Below, in pieces: positions 29,411 through 39,406 of a stretch of DNA of 64,000 nt (positions within the stretch are counted from its first letter, which is position 1; every line of letters starts with the position of its first letter). The notes beneath the pieces are model-generated. The model was not told the origin of the DNA. It did not search any database and saw only the letters and a list, made by a program, of their open reading frames with translations. The DNA is taken from assembly GCA_965217585.1 (NCBI GenBank), contig OZ244561.1, positions 4,096,001 to 4,160,000 on the forward strand, given 5' to 3'. Source of the stretch: Candidatus Latescibacterota bacterium. GTDB lineage: Bacteria > Latescibacterota > UBA2968 > UBA8231. The position numbers and the translations under genes were made by a program.

Positions 29411-30975
29411 GCTGTTGCCGTTATGCTTCTGCGTTTTGCCCGCGTGTTGTTTTGAGATCGTACAGCTTTTTCGGCTTTGATGCGCTCAAGCAGGCTGGAT
29501 GCAGGCTCGTCATCCGGGTCTTGCGGGACGAGTTGGCCGGAGAAGGCTTTCTTCAAAACTGATTGGCGAAGCGCGTCGACTTTTAGTAGCTGATTGTCGA
29601 TGGCAACTCTCTGGTCGTCTATTACCGACAAAACTGCTTCAAGCTGATTGACAAGTACTCGTTGCTCTTCTAACGAACACAGGGGTACGACAAGACTCTC
29701 AAGTGTAGTCAGGTTGATGTTCTTTTGCGCTGTTGCCGGTGCGTACGCTTCAATCCGTGTGCGAACTGACTTGATGAATAGCTCTACGTATTCAGGCAAG
29801 ACTAGCGTCTTCGCAGCAGTGAATCCCACGATGCTATCAGGGAAGCACCCGTCAAATCCGAGAAAGGCGGTCTCGGCAATATTCGCGGCTATTGTGATAC
29901 ACAGCGTTCCTTCTGGCCAAAGCTTGCTTTGCTCAAGGCCAAGTTCGCTATAGGTCTGAGAGTATTCGCGGATGATACGACCAGCCTCTTTGACTTCCCC
30001 TGTCTGGATGAAGGGATACGGCCCTCCGAAGAGTTCTGGCGCATTGCGTGGTCTGTGTTTCGACTTGCCGCGTCCCAGTTCTCCTAGGTTAGCTAAATAG
30101 GTATAGGCGTAGCCCTCAGGCAACGGGGGGAGCTTTGTGAGGGCGTCGGAGTCCAACGGAAGCAGATTGGCTGCCTTCCTAGGTTTTGAAGGCCTCTTAC
30201 CGCGCTCGCCACGTTCTTTCCATCTTTTTATGGCGGCCTTCCACTCCTGGAGTTGCTGTTCGTAACGCGCTTCCCGCTCCTGTTTGATGCGAGCGAGTAA
30301 TTGTTCGGGCGTCTCAAGCTTGTCTTTGTTCTTTTCGCGCCACTGGGCCGTGAGCTTGCCTTCGAAGGCGTGCTTGAGCACGGCTTGGCGGTAGACATTG
30401 AGCTTCGCCCGCGCTGCCTTCAGGCTCTCGATGCCCTTGTCCAGTTCGGAAAATAGTTCATCGATCTTGGCGACGATCTTGTGTTGCATGGCTGTCGGAG
30501 CGAGAGGTATCGGAAGGTCGCCGAAGGCTCTACCAGATAGCTCTAAGAACGTCGTACCACTCGCGCGTTTGCGCGCGTAGTCTCGTGATGCCATCAAGTA
30601 GTAGTAGACGTACTCGTTGAAAATACCAGGCGCGGGAACGAGGCTTTTGAAACCTTGGTTTGTGGCTAGCGGCTCCGAGCTGATGACGATGTAGCCGATT
30701 GGCGCGCGTGTGGAAAAGTGTACGCTACCGGCTGGCATCACCTTCGCGGAGCTGTTCGCGAGACCGATCTTGGAAATGCTTTTTGTCCCTCTCTTGATGG
30801 TCTTTGCCGAGTACCCCGTCAAGTCGGCTGGTGAAATCCAATTGATCTCATCTGTCCAATATGTCGGTTCTTTGGTTGACGGCGTCCCACCTGCGATGAT
30901 GTCGCCGAGTGCTGATAGCTTGGTCCACACCCAGCTATTAGGTAGTGCCCATCGCGATTCTGGCTCACGACTCAT
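29407..30975 (-). CDS. hsdS: Type I restriction-modification specificity subunit
   Basis: LPNSWVWTKL, two target-recognition domains (GGTPST...; GRGKSKHRPRN...), conserved repeats LKHAFEGKLT and LKKAFSGQLVPQDPDDEPA. Confidence 0.92.
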   Translation of the reverse strand: MSREPESRWALPNSWVWTKLSALGDIIAGGTPSTKEPTYWTDEINWISPADLTGYSAKTIKRGTKSISKIGLANSSAKVMPAGSVHFSTRAPIGYIVISSEPLATNQGFKSLVPAPGIFNEYVYYYLMASRDYARKRASGTTFLELSGRAFGDLPIPLAPTAMQHKIVAKIDELFSELDKGIESLKAARAKLNVYRQAVLKHAFEGKLTAQWREKNKDKLETPEQLLARIKQEREARYEQQLQEWKAAIKRWKERGERGKRPSKPRKAANLLPLDSDALTKLPPLPEGYAYTYLANLGELGRGKSKHRPRNAPELFGGPYPFIQTGEVKEAGRIIREYSQTYSELGLEQSKLWPEGTLCITIAANIAETAFLGFDGCFPDSIVGFTAAKTLVLPEYVELFIKSVRTRIEAYAPATAQKNINLTTLESLVVPLCSLEEQRVLVNQLEAVLSVIDDQRVAIDNQLLKVDALRQSVLKKAFSGQLVPQDPDDEPASSLLERIKAEKAVRSQNNTRAKRRSITATA

Positions 30976-33737
30976 GCAGCCAAAGCCTCATTCAATTCGT
31001 CAATCACTCTATCCATCCGGTCACCGAAGAGCTTATACATCTGTCCCATGCCGCCCTTGCCATCGAACGGAGCCATGTCCAGATCGTCGCGGCTCAGATG
31101 AAACGAGGTGACGATGTGGTCACGGATCATGCGTAACCAGTCCATCTGATCCTCGTTGAACTTCTCTCCGCTGCCGCTGTGGTGCGTCATGATCCAATTC
31201 TGAAAATTGCGGCGCACAGTTTCTGAATAGGGAGACAGCGTCGCGTCGATACCGCAGGCGCGGCGGATCAAAGCGACCAGTGCGGTCAGTTCACTGGCCG
31301 GTTGGCGGCCCTTGTATTCATCCAGCAAGGAGTATGCCTGCCAGACCCGTAAAGGGGCTAGTCGAGGCTGGTCGCTCTTGAGCTTGTCGGAAACCTCGCG
31401 GATCATCTCGAAGGTCAACTCTCTGCGCCTATGCGGTTGGGTGTAGAAGATGGTCAGGGCTTCGATCTTGTCTCGGTTCGCTTCCAAATACTGGCGGAAG
31501 TCCTGTGCCATGGCTTCGGCGTTCTCGTGCGCGTCGCCTTCCCATTCGGCGCGCTCCACGGTGTCTAGGCTGTCATGGTCAATGGTCTGTTCCTTGTCGC
31601 GGCGAATCGAGTCGATCAGTTCGATCAACTCGCCGTTGAACACGCTGGCCGCGTCACGGACTAGCTGCTCCTGAGCCTTTTCGCGTGCGGCCGGTGACGG
31701 CTCGGCCTCGTCGGGCACGCGCTCGGTCTCGCGGGCCTTTGCTTCGATTTGGTCTGGGTCGATGGCCTTCAGCAGATTGCCGACGATGTTGGTGAGTTCG
31801 ATGCCGCCAGCTTGCTCCTTGATCCGCTCCTGTTCAGTTGGGTCGAGTTGCCGGTTGAGCCTAGCGAGGCGTCCGGCAAGGGAGCTCACGGTGTCTTCGT
31901 TATACACGCCCATCATCACGCTCATGGCGAGATCCTTAAGTGGCACGGAGGGTTGGGTGATGAGCGGCTGGCTGGCAGTCTTGAGTGATTTTGTGACGCC
32001 GACGGCGTCCACGATCACATAGTGGGTCTTCCCGCTGACAGCAGAAGGCGAGACTTTCTTGAGATCGTCGTGGTCGAGTGTGCGCGTGCCACGGCCCTTC
32101 ATCTGCTCGAAATAGTTGCGACTCCTCACGTCGCGCATGAAGAGCAGGCATTCGAGCGGCCTGACGTCAGTACCCGTGGCGATCATATCCACGGTCACAG
32201 CGATGCGCGGGTAGTAGTCGTTGCGGAACTGGGCGAGAACAGATTTCGGGTCTTCTTCGGTTTTGTAGGTGACCTTCTTGCAGAACTCGTTGCCTTCGGC
32301 GAATTCCTCGCGCACGGTCTGGATGATGTCGTCGGCGTGGCTGTCGGTCTTGGCAAAAATAAGTGTCTTCGGGACTTCGTCGCGGCCCGGAAATATCTCA
32401 GACAGTTTGTCGTGGAAGGTACGGACGACGGTGCGGATCTGGTCGGGGTTGACGACGGCACGGTCGAGCTCCTGGGCACCATAGGTGAAGTCTTCGTCTT
32501 GGATCTCCCAGCGCTTTCGGCGGGTCAAGCGCTCGCGCTTTTCGACCTGCTGGCCGGTTTCGAGCCAGCCGCCGTGCTTCGTCCGTTTCGTATCGATGAC
32601 GTAGATCTCGTTGCCGACATTGACGCCGTCGGCAACGGCTTGCTCATGGGTGTACTCGCTGACGATGTTCTTCTTGAAGAATCCGTAGGTGCGGTTATCC
32701 GGCGTCGCGGTCAGGCCGATGAGATAGGCGTCGAAGTATTCGAGGACTTGACGCCAGAGGTTGTAAATCGAGCGGTGGCATTCGTCGATGATGATGAAGT
32801 CGAAGAACTCGGGTGGAATCTTGTCGTTATAGACAACCGGCATCGATTTTTTTGGGCTAGCCATTTCCGCCGGATTGATCTCTTCGGTGGATTCGTCCAA
32901 CTCCTCGCCCTTCAGGAGCGAATACATGCGCTGGATGGTGCTGATGCAGACTTGGCTGTCCTTGGCGACGTAAGACGATTTGAGCCGCTGGACGTTGTAG
33001 AGCTCGGTGAATTTCCGGTTGTCGTCACTGGGTACGTAGGCCATGCATTCCTGCTCGGCCTGTTCGCCCAGATGCTTGGTGTCTACGAGAAAGAGGATGC
33101 GCTTGGCGTCAGCGTGTTTGAGTAGCCGGTAGATCGAGGTGATGGCGGCGTAGGTCTTGCCCGAGCCAGTGGCCATCTGAATGAGGGCGCGTGGACGGTC
33201 ATTTTTGAAGGATGCTTCGAGCTTCTCAATGGCGTTGACTTGGCACGCTCTTAATCCGGAGGGGTCTAAACTCGGGAGCCCTTGGAGCCGCTCACGAAGC
33301 GAGGCCGACTGAGTGAGCCAGTCCTGTATTGTCTCTGGCCGAGGAAAGCTGAACACCTCCCGGGAGCGGGGCTTCGGATCGCATGTGTCGGTGAAGCGCG
33401 TGAGCACACCGGTGCTTTCGTAGATGAACGGAAGAGGCTCGGTATTGCTCACCCACTTGAGGTTGGCTGCGGCGTAGCTGCCGGACTGTTCCTCGACCGT
33501 CGTGATCCTCTGGCCCCAGTCCTCCGGCTTGGCCTCGACGACGCCGACGGGTTTCTTGTCGACGAAGAGGATATAGTCAGCGGGGCCGACAGATGTCTGA
33601 TACTCACGAACAGCGATCCCGAGGCCAACGCTGAAGTCGATTTTGTTGTAGTCCTGAACTATCCAACCCGCATTGGCTAGCTGTTCGTCGATTTTGTCTC
33701 GCGCCGCCTGTTCTGGCGTCTGATTTTCACTCGGCAT
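30972..33737 (-). CDS. hsdR: Type I restriction endonuclease subunit R (EcoEI/EcoAI-like)
   Basis: ADY...VVEAK nuclease motif, MATGSGKT, DECHRS, GLTATP, QMKGRGTR helicase motifs. Confidence 0.95.
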   Translation of the reverse strand: MPSENQTPEQAARDKIDEQLANAGWIVQDYNKIDFSVGLGIAVREYQTSVGPADYILFVDKKPVGVVEAKPEDWGQRITTVEEQSGSYAAANLKWVSNTEPLPFIYESTGVLTRFTDTCDPKPRSREVFSFPRPETIQDWLTQSASLRERLQGLPSLDPSGLRACQVNAIEKLEASFKNDRPRALIQMATGSGKTYAAITSIYRLLKHADAKRILFLVDTKHLGEQAEQECMAYVPSDDNRKFTELYNVQRLKSSYVAKDSQVCISTIQRMYSLLKGEELDESTEEINPAEMASPKKSMPVVYNDKIPPEFFDFIIIDECHRSIYNLWRQVLEYFDAYLIGLTATPDNRTYGFFKKNIVSEYTHEQAVADGVNVGNEIYVIDTKRTKHGGWLETGQQVEKRERLTRRKRWEIQDEDFTYGAQELDRAVVNPDQIRTVVRTFHDKLSEIFPGRDEVPKTLIFAKTDSHADDIIQTVREEFAEGNEFCKKVTYKTEEDPKSVLAQFRNDYYPRIAVTVDMIATGTDVRPLECLLFMRDVRSRNYFEQMKGRGTRTLDHDDLKKVSPSAVSGKTHYVIVDAVGVTKSLKTASQPLITQPSVPLKDLAMSVMMGVYNEDTVSSLAGRLARLNRQLDPTEQERIKEQAGGIELTNIVGNLLKAIDPDQIEAKARETERVPDEAEPSPAAREKAQEQLVRDAASVFNGELIELIDSIRRDKEQTIDHDSLDTVERAEWEGDAHENAEAMAQDFRQYLEANRDKIEALTIFYTQPHRRRELTFEMIREVSDKLKSDQPRLAPLRVWQAYSLLDEYKGRQPASELTALVALIRRACGIDATLSPYSETVRRNFQNWIMTHHSGSGEKFNEDQMDWLRMIRDHIVTSFHLSRDDLDMAPFDGKGGMGQMYKLFGDRMDRVIDELNEALAA

Positions 33738-34017
33738 TCAGCTCATCCGCCCTTCGCCTGTGGCCCGGAGCGCATGCGAGGATCATCAGTAAGGAACTCC
33801 CGGTGATTGCCGATATGTCCGTATGAACTCATAGTGCACTTGGGAGGCAGGTGTGCTCGTGTATAGTATAGATTAAGGCGTATATAAGGCACCTTTTTGG
33901 CCCCCCTGTCAAGACGCTGAGCGCATGCAAGGCAAGAGTCTGGTAAGAAGGAGAATACGGACCGAAACAGAGCGCGAGAGGCGGCGGAACAGGTCGAATT
34001 CGATTGCTGGAGAAGTT

Positions 34018-34068
34018 AAAAAACACACGTCTCTCCGGAGAATCACCCCGGAGAGACGTGTGTGTGTG
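34018..34068 (-). terminator. Intrinsic terminator of tmRNA
   Basis: Stem ACACACGTCTCTCCGG / CCGGAGAGACGTGTGT followed by T6 on the minus strand. Confidence 0.85.
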
Positions 34069-34074
34069 GAAGAA

Positions 34075-34433
34075 TGGTGGAGGCGGCGGGAATCGAACCC
34101 GCGTCCGAGACCGGTTCTACCTAAATATACTACGTGCGTAGTCGGCCTTAGTTATCTCGCCTGTTGCGCTGCCGGCCGACGGGCCTCGCAACGAGCCAGC
34201 CCGAAAAATCTCGTCCCATTCCCTCGGGCGAAGGTTTGGGACCAGCCTGCTAAGAGATGTCATCGGGGCCTGCCGCGCAGGCTCAACAGACCCCAATGGG
34301 CTGCGCTAAATTTAGGCAGCCAGAGCGTACGTGTTAGTTTCGTCGCTTAATTGTTTCCCGAGGATTTACGAGGTGTCGGGACCTCGGCACGCAATTTGGG
34401 CTTCTCCGACCCCGTCGAAGCCAAGTCGCCCCC
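34075..34433 (-). ncRNA. ssrA: tmRNA; tag peptide (A)DETNTYALAA
   Basis: 5' GGGGGCGACTTGGCTTCGAC; 3' GACGCGGGTTCGATTCCCGCCGCCTCCACCA. Tag ORF GAC GAA ACT AAC ACG TAC GCT CTG GCT GCC TAA at 34344-34312. Confidence 0.96.
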
Positions 34434-34477
34434 TTGGAGCATAATAACCGAAAATCGCGCGCAATGTCAACGCTCGC

Positions 34478-35434
34478 TCAGTTCACCACGTTAATCGGCG
34501 CGCCGTCCAGAAAGGCCCGCACGTTTTCTGCCGTCATTTGCATCAGTCGCTTGCGCGCCTCTAGCGTGGCCCAAGCCATGTGCGGCGTGATGAGCAGATT
34601 CGGTGCCTGCAAGAGTGGGTTGCCGCTGGCAATCGGCTCGATCGAAGCCACGTCCGTTGCCGCGGCCCGGGGCTTGCCGGCGCGCAGTGCTGCCAAAAGG
34701 TTCTGCTCATTGACGAGTGCCCCGCGCGCTGTGTTGATGAAAAGCGATCCTTCCTTCATGGTCGCCAACAACTCGGCGTTGACAAAGCCGGTGTTGTCGG
34801 GCGTCTGCGGGCAGTGCAAGCTGACCACGTCGGCTCCGGCAAAAATCTCCGCCGTGCTCTTGAGGGCAAACGGCGCGTACCCCGGCGGGTCCTTTGGCGA
34901 CGGCGCATACGCCCAGACTTCCATGCCAAAAGCGTGAGCCAACTCGCCGACGCGCTGGCCGATGCGCCCAAAGCCCACTAGCCCGATAATTTTCCCCGCT
35001 AGCTCCTTCAGCGGCGTCTCCCAAAAACACCAATAGCCTGATTCAGCCCAGCCTCCTCGATGCACCGCCGCGTCGTGATGCCCTATTCGATGGCACAGCT
35101 CCAGCAGCAGCGCCATGGTGTATTGAGCGACCGAGTCGGTGCCGTACACTGGAATATTTGACACTGAGATGGCGCGGGCGTGCGCAGCCTCCACATCGAC
35201 GATGTTGTACCCGGTGGCCGTAACCGACACAAACCGCAAGTTGGGTAGCTGGGCAAACGTCTCAGCCGTCAGCGGCACCTTGTTGGTCAAGATTACGTCG
35301 GCGTCCGCAGCCCGCTCCAAGATCAGGTCGTCTGGAGTTTTGTCGTACACCGCAAAGTCGCCCAACGCCGAGACCGGATCCCAGGGGTTGTCGCCGGGGT
35401 TTAGGGTGTGTCCGTCTAGTACTGTGATTTTCAT
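34478..35434 (-). CDS. D-2-hydroxyacid (glycerate/hydroxypyruvate) dehydrogenase
   Basis: VLDGHTLNPGD, GLVGFGRIG, SLHCP, INTARG and ITPHMAW motifs. Confidence 0.9.
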   Translation of the reverse strand: MKITVLDGHTLNPGDNPWDPVSALGDFAVYDKTPDDLILERAADADVILTNKVPLTAETFAQLPNLRFVSVTATGYNIVDVEAAHARAISVSNIPVYGTDSVAQYTMALLLELCHRIGHHDAAVHRGGWAESGYWCFWETPLKELAGKIIGLVGFGRIGQRVGELAHAFGMEVWAYAPSPKDPPGYAPFALKSTAEIFAGADVVSLHCPQTPDNTGFVNAELLATMKEGSLFINTARGALVNEQNLLAALRAGKPRAAATDVASIEPIASGNPLLQAPNLLITPHMAWATLEARKRLMQMTAENVRAFLDGAPINVVN

Positions 35435-35451
35435 GGGATTCCTTTTGTTGT

Positions 35452-35481
35452 CGTAGGGGCGACCGGCCGGTCGCCCCTACG
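35452..35481. repeat. REP-like perfect 30-bp palindrome (GTAG class)
   Basis: CGTAGGGGCGACCGG|CCGGTCGCCCCTACG, intergenic. Confidence 0.75.
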
Positions 35482-35492
35482 TGTTGGTCGCC

Positions 35493-36443
35493 CTATTTCT
35501 GTAGTTGTCCTACGTCCCGCACGGCCCCGTGCGCCGCGCTCGTTGTCAGCGCGGCATACGCCTGTAGCGATTGGGGGATGTGGCGTTGGCGGTTGCGGGG
35601 CCGATAGGCGTCTATTTTCTGGCGACGCGCGGATAGCTCGGCGTCTGCGATTAGCACGTCGATTTTGCGATTGGGAATGTCGATGCGAATCCGGTCGCCG
35701 CTTTCCACTAGGGCTAGTGCCCCGCCCTCGGCTGCCTCTGGGGAGACGTGACCAATCGACAGCCCGGAGGTCCCGCCGGAAAAGCGGCCGTCGGTCAACA
35801 GCGCACAATTCTTGCCCAGCCCCATGGACTTGAGGTACGACGTTGGATAGAGCATTTCCTGCATCCCCGGTCCGCCCTTGGGTCCCTCGTAGCGGATCAC
35901 TACCACGTCGCCGTCGCCGACCTTGCCGCCGAGGATGCCCTCGCATGCTTCGTCCTGCGACTCGAAGATCCGGGCCGTGCCCTCAAAGACCCAGATCGAC
36001 TCATCGACGCCAGCCGTCTTCACGATGCAGCCTTCTTCGGCGATGTTGCCGAAAAGCACGGCCAGCCCGCCGTCCTGTGAATTGGAAATGCAGACGAGGG
36101 CGTCGGCCTTGTGGGCCTGCACCATGTACTCGACGCTGTCGGCGATTAGCTCGCGGCTCGGCAGGGAGTAGAGCATGCCGTCGTGGCCCATGGCAATGCC
36201 GTCGTCCACGGCAATGGTGTTGAACTCCACGCCGTAGCCGCCGTGCTGGTCGATCACTTCTTTGACCTGTTGGCCGATGGGCTGCAAATGCACGTGCCCG
36301 GGGACGAACTGGGTAAAGGAGTTGGCGATGGCGACGATGGGCTTTTGGAAGTCCTCGGTCTTCATGCCGGTGGCGCGCCACAGGGCACGCGCTCCGGCCA
36401 TGCGCCGCCCCTGTGTGGTGGTACTGCTGCGAAATGATTGCAT
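35493..36443 (-). pseudogene. ilvD: Dihydroxy-acid dehydratase with a large in-frame internal deletion
   Basis: IlvD N-terminus ([34 protein letters not shown]) joined directly to the C-terminal part ([35 protein letters not shown]). 316 aa against roughly 600 typical. Confidence 0.85.
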
Positions 36444-36484
36444 AATAGTTCTTTCAAAAAGCTGCCGTCTGGCGGCAGTGGGTT

Positions 36485-37345
36485 TCAGGTGGCAAAATCA
36501 ACTTCTAGCGCATCCCCCAAAGGCACGTAGCCGATTTTCGCATAGATGCTGTTGGAGGTTGGATTGGATAGATCGGCAAATAGGCTGCAAAACGAATAGC
36601 GCTCGGAGAGCAGTTTCTTGGTCAACGACGCGACGCATGCAGTGGCATATCCCTTGTTGCGCTGCTCGGGCGGCGTGTACACTGCGTTGACTGTTACGCC
36701 GTTTCTCATCGGGCGCGCCGCTTTGGCCATAGAGACCGGCCCATTGCAATCCCAAATGTGCAGGTGCCCATCGGCAATGAATCGCGCGGCGCTTTTCTTG
36801 GCTCTGTCGAGATCGGCTGGCTCCCCTAACGCCTCTTGCGAAAAGGAGTCCACCCACTGCGCCATGAGCGGATGGTCGTCCATGCTGGCCAAGCGCAGCG
36901 CCCCCGCAACAAGGGGTACGTCGGCGACCGTGCGTGCCTCAAATACGCGCATCCGCATGGTCTCCCTAGGCGCGGCGCTTGGCACGGCCTCGGCCCAGCA
37001 AGCGGAAAAGGCTTGTGCTGCGGACGCTGGCCCGACAACGCCAGGGACGGGCGCATCCGCTTCAAGCAGGTAGCGAACGAGATGGGTCATTGATCCTTTA
37101 ATATGAGCAACGAACTTGCTCAGGATGATTCTCCTCGGCGGCGTCATTACGGCCACGCCGACCACTTCACCTTGCTCTAAGACGCTCAATAATAGCGGTG
37201 GCTCGGGCCCGTAGCGCTGGGGATCTTTGGCGAGCGCGTACGCAAGGCCGATCGGCAAGTTGTTTTCGCTCTCATGTAATTCGAGGCAAGCACCTGCAAG
37301 CGCAATTAACTCGCTGGCGTCGGTGTGATGTATTATTTCGACCAC
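36485..37345 (-). CDS. GNAT-family N-acetyltransferase
   Basis: [13 protein letters not shown]...[19 protein letters not shown]. Confidence 0.88.
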   Translation of the reverse strand: MVEIIHHTDASELIALAGACLELHESENNLPIGLAYALAKDPQRYGPEPPLLLSVLEQGEVVGVAVMTPPRRIILSKFVAHIKGSMTHLVRYLLEADAPVPGVVGPASAAQAFSACWAEAVPSAAPRETMRMRVFEARTVADVPLVAGALRLASMDDHPLMAQWVDSFSQEALGEPADLDRAKKSAARFIADGHLHIWDCNGPVSMAKAARPMRNGVTVNAVYTPPEQRNKGYATACVASLTKKLLSERYSFCSLFADLSNPTSNSIYAKIGYVPLGDALEVDFAT

Positions 37346-39406
37346 TTAAAAAGCCTGACCAATGGAAAAATACAAGCGAAATCCGTCGTTGAATGCTACG
37401 TCGAGCCGGAGGGGAAAGCCCAAAGCGTAGCGCAGCCCCATCCCATAGCCATCGACCATGCGCCGCAAGGTCGCTTGGCCTGGCTTGCGCCAGACCTGTG
37501 CCCGGTCCCAAAAGCCAACGAGGCCGAAGTTGCTTCGCTGATAGCGCAATTCCCCGCGCATGTTCAGTCCGAGGCGTCCGCCGCCCGGTACGTGTATGGC
37601 GTCGTGTTCAACGCCGCGCACGGATCCCTCGCCCCCGTACGCCTTCCAATACTTCTGCGGCAGCCGCCGTCCCTCGCGTAGCGAGGCCGCCCCTCCCCCT
37701 TGCAGGGCTAGGGCCAACATCAGGCCGCGTTTAAGTGGCTGGTAATATATGAATTCGGCCTCGCTGTCGATCACATAGGTCTGATGTTGTCCCAGAATGA
37801 ACGAGGAGGCGTAGAGTCCGGTCAACTGCAAGAGCGCGCCGCGCGTGGGGGCAAAGGGGTCGTCGCGCGAATCGCGCAAAAACTCGGTCCTCAGTTCGAT
37901 CGACCGAGTGCGCTCGGTCAGAATCTGTAGCCAATCCGCAGTCACGGGGATCTTGCCGTCGCTATAGTCTATGAACTCGTCTTGGGCAAAGAAATTGCCT
38001 TTGCCAGAGAAATCGAACTCGTCATCGTCAAATAGGTCTTCCGCGTCGGTCGGCTCATCGCTGTCACTTCCTGCTCCTGCGTCTATGGTCGGTGAGTAAG
38101 CGATGCGCTCGCTCGGATCGGGCCGGGTGCGCGAGTCTTCTCCGCTAAGGGAGACTTGGGCTTGGTATATCTCGCGCCAGTTCTTGGTGAGCGCTACCTC
38201 GGTTTTCCACAAGTGCTCGACCGCAAGGTATCCGAAGGTGGCCGTGTTGATGTACTCTCGTGCGTTCGCTTCCCCGGAAAATAATAAGAGGCCGTTGAGC
38301 GCCGAATCGTTGGCCGTCAAAAGCGCGAATTGACGCCGGTCGTTCGAGTTACCCAGCGCCTCTTTCTCGTCCCATTCGTCGGTGACCCCTGCCGACAACA
38401 CCAAGTCAGCACCCGTGCCTAGCAAGTTGCGCTCGGTAAAGGACGCGGTGATGCCCTGCTCTGGCTGCCCCCAACTGGCGTCGAGGCTTAGCCGGGCACC
38501 GCGGCCCAGCCAGTTGTTGTGCTGCACGACCCCGGTCACGCGCGGCTCAATGTTGCTGAATAGGACTTCGGTACTTAGGGAAATGCGCTTTTTTTCTTTT
38601 AGGCGAACCACGATCGGCTGCAAGCTGTCGCCCGTCTCGGGAGTGAGCAAAAAGACCGAGCGGAACAGGCCGGTCCTCGCTAGTTGCTCGCGGCTTTTGG
38701 CTAGTTGTTCGGGATTGTACAAGTCTCCCTGCTCAAAGTGCAGATAGTGCTCGATTAGCTCCCTGCGCGTGTATAGCTGGTCGAGGTTTTCGACTTCGAC
38801 GGCACCGAAGTACATCTTGCGCCCGGGATCGATGTGGAAGACGACTTCGGTGCTGCGGTTGGCGCGGTCGTCCCCCATCCACTCGTTGCGCACTGCTGCG
38901 TGAGGGTAGCCGCGTTGATTGAGGAAGACCTGTAACCGACGCTCGCCTTCGAGCACCTTGCCGTAGTCGAGGGGCGCGCCGGCGCGCAAGCCGACCTGAG
39001 CGCGCAGGGTGTCGGCCGCAAAGGACGCGCCCCCTACGAGCGTTAGGGCGCGCACGGTCCACAACGCGCCGCTGTCTATTTCAATGTGAATGTGGACCCG
39101 GTTTTTGGCATCCAAGCGCAGGTATTTGCGGATGATCGCGGCGTCGCGATAGCCCTTGCTGTAGTAGAGATTGACCACTCCGCTCAGGTCATTTTTGAAG
39201 AAGCGACGATGGAAGCGCTTCCCTTCTTGGGTCAGCATGGCCGAGCGCAAGATATCGCCTTTGATGCGCTTTGCTCCTCGGTGAACGAAGCGTATCTGAG
39301 ATACTTTGTGACCATCGGCTTCGCGGGCCGATATTTCGCGCAGATCCTCTTGGGCCAAGGCCGTCCCGGCGAGGGCCAGACAGAGCACGGCGGCGAGCAC
39401 GTTCAT
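37346..39406 (-). CDS. Omp85-family outer-membrane protein (TamA/BamA-like)
   Basis: Signal peptide, POTRA-like repeats (Y.SKGY, L.QRGY, LARTGLF), NWLGRG, DSRDDPFAPTRG, GGEGSVRG, C-terminal YFSIGQAF. Confidence 0.85.
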   Translation of the reverse strand: MNVLAAVLCLALAGTALAQEDLREISAREADGHKVSQIRFVHRGAKRIKGDILRSAMLTQEGKRFHRRFFKNDLSGVVNLYYSKGYRDAAIIRKYLRLDAKNRVHIHIEIDSGALWTVRALTLVGGASFAADTLRAQVGLRAGAPLDYGKVLEGERRLQVFLNQRGYPHAAVRNEWMGDDRANRSTEVVFHIDPGRKMYFGAVEVENLDQLYTRRELIEHYLHFEQGDLYNPEQLAKSREQLARTGLFRSVFLLTPETGDSLQPIVVRLKEKKRISLSTEVLFSNIEPRVTGVVQHNNWLGRGARLSLDASWGQPEQGITASFTERNLLGTGADLVLSAGVTDEWDEKEALGNSNDRRQFALLTANDSALNGLLLFSGEANAREYINTATFGYLAVEHLWKTEVALTKNWREIYQAQVSLSGEDSRTRPDPSERIAYSPTIDAGAGSDSDEPTDAEDLFDDDEFDFSGKGNFFAQDEFIDYSDGKIPVTADWLQILTERTRSIELRTEFLRDSRDDPFAPTRGALLQLTGLYASSFILGQHQTYVIDSEAEFIYYQPLKRGLMLALALQGGGAASLREGRRLPQKYWKAYGGEGSVRGVEHDAIHVPGGGRLGLNMRGELRYQRSNFGLVGFWDRAQVWRKPGQATLRRMVDGYGMGLRYALGFPLRLDVAFNDGFRLYFSIGQAF

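Noticed and set aside
33978-33989. GAGGCGGCGG resembling the tmRNA 3' end (possible att site)
   Set aside because: Only ~10 nt match in GC-rich DNA, ~100 bp from the gene, with no integrase.
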